Source of the DNA: Candidatus Polarisedimenticolia bacterium
GTDB lineage: Bacteria; Acidobacteriota; Polarisedimenticolia; Gp22-AA2; AA152
Direction: 5' to 3'
NCBI GenBank assembly: GCA_035764505.1
Contig: DASTZC010000215.1
Span: 2,402 to 66,401, forward strand
DNA: 64,000 bases
Both the position numbers and the translations under genes were made by a program. The notes below the pieces were generated by a model. That model was not told where the DNA came from and made no database searches. It saw nothing but the letters and a program-made list of their open reading frames with translations. Positions 56,014 to 64,000 of the stretch are shown here, piece by piece; position 1 is the first letter of the stretch; each line of letters opens with the position of its first letter.

Positions 56014-59000
56014 TTATGGACATCCTCCGGTGCACGAGGCGGGCTCGCGCGGCAGCGGCGCGGTGTCGGAGCCGTAGCCGCCGCGCGTGCCGTCGGTGGC
56101 GCGCACCTGCATCACGTAGAAGTAGACGTGACCCACCGGAGGCGCGACGTCGGCCGCCGGCGCTTCATGATGATCGAGCGCCGTCGTCCCGGCGGCGAGC
56201 ACCGTCACGCTCCCCAGCGACAGCAGGTTCGGCATCCTGGCGATGCGCGAAAGATCGCCGCGGATCAGGTCGTACCCCGAGGCCCCCTGCACCCCTCCCC
56301 AGGTGATGTGCGCCTTGCCGGAGCCGCCGTCGGGATCGACGCGCAGCTGGAGCGGATCGGCGCTCCCCATATCGTGCGGCACGGCCACGCTGACGGTGTT
56401 GCGCGTGACGTTTCCGGCGGCGTCCCGCGCCTCGTAGACCAGCGAGTAGATCCGCCCGGTTCCGTTGCCCAGCCGCTCGGCACGCAGCGATACCTGCGTG
56501 TCGGCGGTTCCCGGCTCGGTGCCGGTGATGTCCCCGGTCGTCTCACCGTCGTCGTCCCCCGGCGCGTCATCCGGCTCGGAGCTGCTCGACGAGAGGAGCG
56601 CGATGGGCGGCGCCGCGGTGCACAGATCCGAGGCCTGCAGCGCCACGCCCACCGGTACCATCCGGTGGTTCGGGCTCCAGAGAAGCACTGGGGTGGCGGC
56701 CGTCTCGAAAGCCGGCGCGACGGTATCGCGCACCGTCACCTTCGTGGAGCAGGTAGCGACATTTCCGGAGGCATCGGTTGCGGTGAAGGTCACGGTGGTC
56801 TGGCCCAGCGGATAGACGCCGGAAGCGTCTGCCCCGCCGCCGCGGCTGTTGTGGATGGAGGCCGCACCGCTGCAGACATCGGGAGCGCTGGCCACCATGG
56901 CGGTGGGGCTCCCCGCCGGCGACGAGCATTCGAGGACCCTGTCGGGCGGACAGACGAGCGCCGGCACGACCGGGTCCGTTACGCTCGCAGTGAAGGAGAC
57001 GACACTCCACTCTCCGGACTGGTCGGTCGTCTTGAGCTGGAGCGTCTGGCTGCCGACAGGAAGGGTCAGAAGGAGCGTCCGTCCGGTTCCCAGCAGAGCC
57101 TGTCCTGCCGCCCCGTAGTTCCGGTACCACTCGTAGGAGCGGATGTCGTCCACCGTCCCGGGCGAGGAATCGGGATCGCTCGCGCCCGAGCCATCCAGCA
57201 GGACCGTTCCCCCCTGGGGACCGGAGCACACTCCGGGAGCCGCTGTGGCGCTCGCCACCGGCGGATTGTTCACCGTCAGGCGCGACTCCCCCTGGTAGGT
57301 GAAGGGCAGGGTGCGTCGGACCGGGACGCTCGTTCCGTCGCTGACTTCCACCGTGAGGTTGTACTGCACGCCGGCCTCCAGATCCGCTCCGAGATCGAGG
57401 TTGTGCGGCGGCCAGGCGCTGAAGGGAACGGTGGCCAGGGCGGAGGTGTGCGAGCGCAGGTGCGCCGAGTGCAGGTCGTACGACATGACCCTCAGCTCGA
57501 ACTGCACCGATGGATTGTCGATGCGTCGCACGCACAGATCCAGCGGCATCGTATAGCCGCTGAGCTGCAGGAAATACTCGAAGCCGGCTTGCGGGGAGCC
57601 GCAGGTGCCCGGCGCCATCTCATAGTCGATCGCGCCGTCTTCGCAGGCGAGCACCGCATCGAGGTCGAAGAGAATCGGCTCGCCCAGGCTGCCGTTGCCG
57701 AAGCCGATCCCCTTGCCCGGGATCCCTTCCAGCAGCAGGGCGCTCTGGCAGCCGTTCGGGTCGTCGAACGCGTCCGGAAGCGTCCGATCCACGAAGGCCG
57801 CCGGAATCAGATCGACGTGGCCGGCGAGGGCATCGCGCTGCGGGTCGGAGGCGATGGCGCGCACGAATATGGTGCCGCTGCCGTCCTGATGGATGCCGTT
57901 GAGGGTCAGCACCGGCTGGCAGGCATCGCCCGAGCCGTCCGCATCGGAATCCTCCTGGCCCGGGTTGTAGCTGGAGGGGCAATTGTCGCAGACGTTCCCC
58001 AGATGGTCGGCATCGCTGTCGATCTGGAGCGGGTCGGCGGTCGCCGGACAGAGATCGCAGGCATCCCCGACCCGGTCTCCATCGACGTCAGCCTGCGTGG
58101 GATTGGCAATGTTCAGGCAGTTGTCGCAGGCATCCCCTGTCCCGTCGGCATCGCCATCGGCCTGATTGGGGTTCGGGGCCGTCGGACAATTGTCCGCGCC
58201 GGCGCACAGTCCATCGTGGTCGGCGTCGTTGAACGGGTCGGACGGACAGATGTCGCAGACGTCGCCGACCTGGTCGGCGTCGGCATCCTCCTGGAGCGGG
58301 TTGTAGATCGCGGGGCAGTTGTCGGGATCGCAGGTATTGGCCGGGAAGCCTGGATCGCCCGACCGATCGTGGTCGACATCGGTGCAGCTGTCACAGACAT
58401 CGCCAATCTGATCGGCGTCGGCGTCCTCCTGGCCCGGGTTGTAGGTGCGCGGGCAGTTGTCGAACGGGTCTCCCAGACCGTCGCCGTCCGAATCGGTGAA
58501 GACGGAGAGGTTCGCCGGAACATTGAACAGGGGCTTCGCGGGGTCGTTGCTCGTGATGGCAAGGTTTGCCTGGTACTCCCCGGCGGGCAGCAGTCCGGCG
58601 TCGAAGGTGACCGCCAGGTTGAGCGAGGCGCCGGCCGGTATCGTCCCATGGTTGGGACTGGCGGACACGAACGAAGCGAAGGTCACCAGCCGCGCGATGC
58701 CGGTTCCCCCCTCCCCTTGAACGAAATAGATGCCGGGGACCGGCCCGGGCAGCCATCCCATGCCGCCGTCGTTCACGGAGAAGAACGGGATGGAATTAAC
58801 CGTCCAGCGGCGGGTGTCGAGGTTGAAGCGGTAGAGATTCCGCTGGAAATAGGAGCCGTAGGTGATGTACTCGCGCCCCACCGGATCGATGGCGCTCCCG
58901 AGGACCGCCCCCGAAGGCAGCGCCGGAAGCAGGGTCCAGGAGTTCCCGGCGATGTCGTAGACCGCGAAATTGATGCCGCCGTTCCCCTGGTGCCCGTAGA

Positions 59001-62000
59001 GGCTCCCGTTGAAGTAGCGCATCCCGCCCCAGCGCTCGAAGACGAAGGGCGCCGAGCGCAGGAAGGTTATGGCGCCGGTGGCGGGCTCGAAGCGCACCAG
59101 CGTGGTGCCGGAGAGAATGTAAAGGTAGCGCGTCCCATCGCTCGCGATGATCCCCGTCCCGCTTCCGGCCGGACTGGCCCGCGTCGTCCAGCTGTTGCCG
59201 GCAATGGAGTAGATGCCCATCTGCGTCGATCCCGTGTAGACGGTGTAGATCTTGCCTGACAGCAGCGCGGCGCCGCCGTTGTTTCCCGAATTGATGGGCG
59301 ATGAGGCGAGCCCCTCGAAGGAGTTGGTCCCGGCGTTGTAGCGGCCGAAGCCGGTGCCTTCGTCCTGCTGTCCGTAGAGGCTGAGCGAGACAGGATCCTC
59401 CACGACGCAGGTCAGCGGATAGGGGCTCGGAGCGAGGCTCTCGAAATCGCCCGGCCTTCCGTCCACCTGCGCTGGATCGGTGGGGGGTGCGAAGGGCGGT
59501 ATCGGATTGCTGGAGGAGCCGGGACCGGTCGCCGAGAGTCCGAGGAAAGGCGATCTCGTCGCGGAGGCGCTGACGGCGGTGGATTGCAGGTCGAAGCTGA
59601 GATCACTGCCGCCGGTATTCCGCAGGGTCAGGGCGCGAGTCTCGGTCCCGCCCATGGGAAGCACCGAATGCAGGGACGCCGGCGACACTTCGAGAACAGG
59701 GGGTATCAGCGCCGAGCCGCTCAGCGGCACGACCACCGTCCCCTCGTCGGGATCGTCGCTCGTCAGGGTCAGCGTCCCGGTGTGTGGCCCGTCTGCCGTG
59801 GGGTGGAAGACGACGTCGGCGATCACCGTGCCGCCGATCGGGATGATCCTGGGAGTGCCGAGCGATATCGAGAACTCGCCGCTGGTCGTGGCGCCCGTAA
59901 TCGTGAGGGCGTCGGTGCCCAGGCTGCGGATCGTCAGGGGCAGCGTGCTGGTGAAGCCCGTGAAGGTCGGCGGGAAATCCAGGCTTGCGGGAGCGACGTC
60001 GATGTCGGGCGCGCCGATGACCCGCAGGGAGGCGGGGACTTCGGCATCGGCGCGGGCGGGGTCGTTGGTGTGGATCCTCACCTTGGCCGTGTACAGGCCT
60101 CCCAGGAGACGGCCGGAATCGAAGCCCGCCTCGATGGCCTGAGCGCCCCCCGGAGGGATGGAGCCCGAGGAAGGACTCACCGTCAGGAAGGCAGGAGGGG
60201 TGAGGAACCGCGCGAATCCGACTCCTTGCTCTCCCTGTACGAAATAGATGCCGGGCACGGGCCCGGCGAGCCAGCCCATTCCGCCGTCGCCGACGGGGAA
60301 AAAGGGAATGGTGAACAGGTTCCAGCTCCCGGTCGCCACATCGAACCGGTAGAAGTTTCTGCCTCCGTAGCTTCCGTAGGCGAAGTACTGCCGCGCGAAA
60401 GGATCGATCGTGGCGCCCAGGACCACGCCTCCCGGTGCGGCGGGCATCAGCGTCCAGGTGTTGCTGGCGATGTCGTAGCGTGCGAAGTGCGCTCCCCCGT
60501 TTCCTTCATGACCGAAAAGCTTGCCTTCCAGATAGCGCAGGCCGCCGAACGCCTGGAAATAGAAAGGCGGCGGCGCCAGCGCGGTGACCGCCCCGGTATG
60601 CGGCTCGAAGCGGAGCAGAGTCGACCCAAGGGCTAGATAGAGAGACAGGTTGCCATCGGAAGCGATGTTCCCGGTATCGCGCAAGGGGCTGGGCCGCAAG
60701 ATCCAGGTGTCGGATGCGATGTCGTAGACCCCCATCTGGGGCCAACCTGTATAGACGGTGTAGATCCTGCCGTTCAGCAGCGCCGCTCCGCCGTTGTTCT
60801 GCGAGTGGATCGGCGAAGTCGCCAGCTGCTCCCAGACATTCTCGGAGGAGAGGTACCGATAGAAGCGGTACCCCTGGTTTTCCTGCGCGTAGAGGATGCC
60901 GGTCGCGGGATCCTCCACCACGCAGGTCAGAGGCACGGGGCTGGACGAGAGCTGCTCGAACTCGCCCGGCAGCCCTTCGGCTCCGGGCACGGTCTGCGGC
61001 ACGTACGGCAGCGGAGCGTTGTTGGAGGTGGTGGGATCGCCGGCATCGGGTCCCAGGAAGGGACTGGTGATGGATCCGGCCGTGGCCCAGGAGATGTCCA
61101 GGAGGTAGTCGAGCGCGCTTCCCCCCGTGTTGGACAGGTTGAGGATCTGCGTCTCGCGCTGGCCTGACAGGAGGGTGGAGCTCAGCGACGTCGGCGACAC
61201 GCCCAGAATCGGTGGATCGGCGCCGAGACCCGACAGTGGGATCACGACGGTCGATTCGTCCGGATCGTCCGACTCGAGGGTGAAGCTCCCCGTCCTCGGC
61301 CCCAGCGCCGCAGGGTGGAACTCCACGTTCAGGGTGACGCTCGCGCCGATGGCAAGGGCGGCCGGAACGCTGATTCCGGACACCGAGAAGTCGCCGGCGG
61401 CGGCAAGGCCGGTGACGTGCAGCACGTCGGTGCCCGCATTCTTCAGAGTCACGGCCAGAGTGCGCGGGTAGCCGATGAAAGTCTGTCCGAAATCGAGGTT
61501 GGCCGGGGTGATCTCCACGTCAGGAACGCCGATGACCGTCATCGTCGTCGGCACGGACAGACTCGGAGCGGCTGGATCGTTGCTCAGGATGCGTATCTCG
61601 GCGGGATAGACCCCTCCCAGCATCCCGGCGGCATCCATATCGGCGGTGATCTGCGTCGAGCCACCGGCCGGGATCGTGCCGAATTCCGGGGTCATCGAGA
61701 GCCAGCGCGGCCGAGTCGAGAGATCCACGGCGAGATTATCGTGGAGGTAAAGCGTATTGAAGGCCACGGTCAGGCCGTCGCTCCCGGTCGCATTCTGGAT
61801 TCCCACCGTGCAGCTGTTGGCCGAGCCGATGAGCCGGTAGTACTGATAGGTGATGCGCCCCGAGGGATACAGGATGATCTGGAAGGTCAGGGAAGCGCTG
61901 CTATCCACATAGAGGGCGATGCCGGTGTACTGGATCACGAAGCGGCTGGGATCGCTCGCGTATCGCACGTTGCCCAGGGAGTTCACATAGAGGTCGTCCC

Positions 62001-64000
62001 AGAGGGCCGCGAGGAGGTTCTCCGGAGCGCCGGTACTGGGCAGCGGCTGATTGGTGTAGGAGGCGCTGCCGCTGGTGAACGACAGGAAGCCGTTGGTGGA
62101 CACCCGCACCGAGGTGAACTCGTTGCCGTAGTAGGGAAACGCGAATCCCAAAGGAATCGGCGAGCTGGTCGTGTCGTCGCCGGAAATCGGGACGATGGTC
62201 CCCGTATCGCGTATGTCCGTCCAATCGAAGCGCGGCCCCCTGGGATCGTCGGAATCCTTCCAGCGATAGCCGAATAGGTCCGGCCCGCCGCTGCCGCGGA
62301 TTCCGGGACGCGGGTCCGTCGCCAGCTTGGGATAATCCTGACCCGGATGCACGGTGACGCTGCTGCCGGTTACCTCGAGGAGATCGGAGGTCCAGACCAG
62401 GTCACTGCCTCCCGTGTTGGACAAGGTGAGGGTGCGGGAAGTTCGCGCCCCCGTGAACAGCGTCGCCGACAAGGATGCCGGGTCCGCGCCGGCCACCGGG
62501 GGAATGACCCCGGTCCCGCTCAGAGGCACCGCCAGGACCGCATGGTCGGGATCGTCGCTGGCGATCGAGAGCTCGCCGGTCCGCGGGCCCGGAACGGTCG
62601 GGCGGAACGTCACCTGGTAGGTCTGGCTGGCGCCGGGAGCAAGCGTCGTTGGGATTGCCGGGCCGCTGACGGAGAAATCTCCGGTCGCAGAGATTGCCGA
62701 CAGGTGCAGGAGATCGGTCCCGACGTTGCGAAGGACCACCGGCAGCGTCAGCGGGTAGGGCACGAAGGTCGGGCTGAAGGCCAATGAGTCGGGCTGGGCT
62801 CCGATGCGCGGCACCCCGATGACGGTCAGCGTCGTCGGCACCGTGAGCTCGGAATGGAACGGGTCGTTGCTGCGAACCAGCAGGTCGGCGTGATAAGTGC
62901 CTCCGAGCAGCGTCCCCGGGTCGAAGTTGGCATGCAGCTCCTGCGAGCCTCCGGCGGGCACGGAGCCGGAGGGCGGATCCACCGTCAGGTACTCCCCGAA
63001 GCAGCCGGTCTCAGTGGAGAGCGACACCCCCACCGGGCCGCTCAGGCCGGTGGCGATCGGCTGGATGGTGCCGGCAGGCAGGGCGAGCGCCAGGAGCTGT
63101 CCCCCGTAGTAGCTCGGGAAGAATGCTTTCTGGTTCAGCGGATCGAGCACGATGCCGGACGGGCTGTTCAGGGAGGAGGCGACCGTTCTCACGGCATGGC
63201 TCGCCAGGTCGACGGCCAGGACCGTTCCGTCGAAATTGGCCACGTACGCGGTCGAGACCGAGCCGTCCAGGGTCACATCGTAGGGACGCCCCATGCCTCC
63301 GGCAATCGCCGTCACAACTCCCGTGGCGACGTCGACCCTCGACAGCTCCGAGCTGTCGGCTTCCAATACGTAGGCTTCGGTCCCCGAGGAATTCAACGCG
63401 ATGCCGGTGGGCCGGCTCAAGCCGGTGGCCACCACCCGCACCGCACCGGTCGCCAGATCGATCGATTCGAGCCTGCCGCTGTCCAGCTCGCCCGTATACG
63501 CGAGGCCGCGGCTGAAATCCACGGCCAGCCCGAAAGGAAAGACGAGCCCCGACGCGATTCGAGTGATGGCGCCCGTTTGCGCGTTGACCGCCGACAGGGT
63601 CCCGGGATCGCGCTCGATGACCAGGGCACGATCCCCCTGGCGATCGAAAACCACGCCGATGGGCGTGAGCAAACTGGCGATCCTGGTGGCGACCCCGGTG
63701 GCCAGGCTCACCTTCACGACACGCCCGCCGGTGAACTCGGTCACGTAGGCGACATCGGCCTGGCACACCGCCCCATCCGAAGCGCGCGGGATGACCAGGT
63801 TGGAGAAGTCGAGCGGACTGCCGCCGCTGTTCGTGAGGAACAGGCTCTGCGTCTGTCGGCTGCCGGTCAGCAGGGTGGCGGTCAGCGATCCGGGCGTGAT
63901 GGCCGCCACGGGAGGCGGCAGCCCGGCCCCGGTCAATGGGATCGTCACGGAGGAACGGTCGGGATCGTTGCTGTCGATTCTCAGATCCCGGCTGAACCCA
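56014..64000 (-). CDS. Giant secreted multidomain protein 3 (partial, more than 2660 aa; N-terminus beyond the window end), a paralog of giant 2 with the same module order (Ig-like/NHL/NIDO-like/Kelch-like/TSP3/PKD-HYR/C-terminal module)
   Basis: The frame stays open to position 64000. The first residues in the window align to the middle of giant 2 (…TGRGRLDYSTVVVPRTSDGAPCDAEFAYITEF vs …SGGSPLDFSNLVIPRASDGAVCQADVAYVTEF). TSP3 array at about 57920-58510. Confidence 0.8.
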   Translation of the reverse strand, partial: GFSRDLRIDSNDPDRSSVTIPLTGAGLPPPVAAITPGSLTATLLTGSRQTQSLFLTNSGGSPLDFSNLVIPRASDGAVCQADVAYVTEFTGGRVVKVSLATGVATRIASLLTPIGVVFDRQGDRALVIERDPGTLSAVNAQTGAITRIASGLVFPFGLAVDFSRGLAYTGELDSGRLESIDLATGAVRVVATGLSRPTGIALNSSGTEAYVLEADSSELSRVDVATGVVTAIAGGMGRPYDVTLDGSVSTAYVANFDGTVLAVDLASHAVRTVASSLNSPSGIVLDPLNQKAFFPSYYGGQLLALALPAGTIQPIATGLSGPVGVSLSTETGCFGEYLTVDPPSGSVPAGGSQELHANFDPGTLLGGTYHADLLVRSNDPFHSELTVPTTLTVIGVPRIGAQPDSLAFSPTFVPYPLTLPVVLRNVGTDLLHLSAISATGDFSVSGPAIPTTLAPGASQTYQVTFRPTVPGPRTGELSIASDDPDHAVLAVPLSGTGVIPPVAGADPASLSATLFTGARTSRTLTLSNTGGSDLVWTSDLLEVTGSSVTVHPGQDYPKLATDPRPGIRGSGGPDLFGYRWKDSDDPRGPRFDWTDIRDTGTIVPISGDDTTSSPIPLGFAFPYYGNEFTSVRVSTNGFLSFTSGSASYTNQPLPSTGAPENLLAALWDDLYVNSLGNVRYASDPSRFVIQYTGIALYVDSSASLTFQIILYPSGRITYQYYRLIGSANSCTVGIQNATGSDGLTVAFNTLYLHDNLAVDLSTRPRWLSMTPEFGTIPAGGSTQITADMDAAGMLGGVYPAEIRILSNDPAAPSLSVPTTMTVIGVPDVEITPANLDFGQTFIGYPRTLAVTLKNAGTDVLHVTGLAAAGDFSVSGISVPAALAIGASVTLNVEFHPAALGPRTGSFTLESDDPDESTVVIPLSGLGADPPILGVSPTSLSSTLLSGQRETQILNLSNTGGSALDYLLDISWATAGSITSPFLGPDAGDPTTSNNAPLPYVPQTVPGAEGLPGEFEQLSSSPVPLTCVVEDPATGILYAQENQGYRFYRYLSSENVWEQLATSPIHSQNNGGAALLNGRIYTVYTGWPQMGVYDIASDTWILRPSPLRDTGNIASDGNLSLYLALGSTLLRFEPHTGAVTALAPPPFYFQAFGGLRYLEGKLFGHEGNGGAHFARYDIASNTWTLMPAAPGGVVLGATIDPFARQYFAYGSYGGRNFYRFDVATGSWNLFTIPFFPVGDGGMGWLAGPVPGIYFVQGEQGVGFARFLTPPAFLTVSPSSGSIPPGGAQAIEAGFDSGRLLGGLYTAKVRIHTNDPARADAEVPASLRVIGAPDIDVAPASLDFPPTFTGFTSTLPLTIRSLGTDALTITGATTSGEFSISLGTPRIIPIGGTVIADVVFHPTADGPHTGTLTLTSDDPDEGTVVVPLSGSALIPPVLEVSPASLHSVLPMGGTETRALTLRNTGGSDLSFDLQSTAVSASATRSPFLGLSATGPGSSSNPIPPFAPPTDPAQVDGRPGDFESLAPSPYPLTCVVEDPVSLSLYGQQDEGTGFGRYNAGTNSFEGLASSPINSGNNGGAALLSGKIYTVYTGSTQMGIYSIAGNSWTTRASPAGSGTGIIASDGTRYLYILSGTTLVRFEPATGAITFLRSAPFVFERWGGMRYFNGSLYGHQGNGGINFAVYDIAGNSWTLLPALPSGAVLGSAIDPVGREYITYGSYFQRNLYRFNLDTRRWTVNSIPFFSVNDGGMGWLPGPVPGIYFVQGEGGTGIARLVTFASFVSASPNHGTIPAGASLNLAVTFDAGLLPAGEYQANLAITSNDPAKPLFNVPANLSVFTDSDGDGLGDPFDNCPRTYNPGQEDADADQIGDVCDSCTDVDHDRSGDPGFPANTCDPDNCPAIYNPLQEDADADQVGDVCDICPSDPFNDADHDGLCAGADNCPTAPNPNQADGDADGTGDACDNCLNIANPTQADVDGDRVGDACDLCPATADPLQIDSDADHLGNVCDNCPSSYNPGQEDSDADGSGDACQPVLTLNGIHQDGSGTIFVRAIASDPQRDALAGHVDLIPAAFVDRTLPDAFDDPNGCQSALLLEGIPGKGIGFGNGSLGEPILFDLDAVLACEDGAIDYEMAPGTCGSPQAGFEYFLQLSGYTMPLDLCVRRIDNPSVQFELRVMSYDLHSAHLRSHTSALATVPFSAWPPHNLDLGADLEAGVQYNLTVEVSDGTSVPVRRTLPFTYQGESRLTVNNPPVASATAAPGVCSGPQGGTVLLDGSGASDPDSSPGTVDDIRSYEWYRNYGAAGQALLGTGRTLLLTLPVGSQTLQLKTTDQSGEWSVVSFTASVTDPVVPALVCPPDRVLECSSPAGSPTAMVASAPDVCSGAASIHNSRGGGADASGVYPLGQTTVTFTATDASGNVATCSTKVTVRDTVAPAFETAATPVLLWSPNHRMVPVGVALQASDLCTAAPPIALLSSSSSEPDDAPGDDDGETTGDITGTEPGTADTQVSLRAERLGNGTGRIYSLVYEARDAAGNVTRNTVSVAVPHDMGSADPLQLRVDPDGGSGKAHITWGGVQGASGYDLIRGDLSRIARMPNLLSLGSVTVLAAGTTALDHHEAPAADVAPPVGHVYFYVMQVRATDGTRGGYGSDTAPLPREPASCTGGCP

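Overview
This is a high-GC (~68%) bacterial chromosomal segment. I infer, with low certainty, an Acidobacteria-like diderm, based on a CarboxypepD_reg/TonB-dependent receptor and the overall gene content. Positions 1-24 kb are a dense block of conserved housekeeping genes: partial RNase E/G, an M24 aminopeptidase, DusB, TerC, a GST, an orphan ECF sigma factor, an alpha/beta hydrolase, MutY, a GalE-like epimerase, two enoyl-CoA hydratases flanking an MDR oxidoreductase, a GT39-like membrane glycosyltransferase, a 2-oxoacid dehydrogenase operon in the order lpd-E1alpha-E1beta-E2 followed directly by lipB-lipA, a NicO-like His-rich transporter, a receiver-like/MqnA-MqnD fusion, YgfZ, and a BtuF-like binding protein. 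Positions 24-64 kb are an accessory-looking island dominated by three giant Sec-secreted multidomain proteins of 3116 aa, about 3580 aa and more than 2660 aa (the last truncated by the window edge). Two of them carry N-terminal subtilisin S8 protease domains; across the three I see thrombospondin-type-3 Ca-binding repeat arrays, Cys-rich repeats, NHL/Kelch beta-propellers, NIDO-like domains, PKD/HYR domains and many Ig-like modules. Giants 2 and 3 are tandem paralogs on the minus strand. Interleaved with the giants are a 1226-aa Kelch/Ig protein with seven near-identical ~240-bp tandem coding repeats, a 1244-aa CarboxypepD_reg TonB-dependent receptor with an Asp-rich Ca-binding-like insert, a secreted amidase, a small secreted hypothetical protein preceded by a G9 homopolymer, and a tRNA-Thr(CGT). 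I found no CRISPR array, transposase, integrase or rRNA. Many overlapping ORFs in the track are high-GC shadow frames or N-terminal over-extensions; those I trimmed are listed under rejected.
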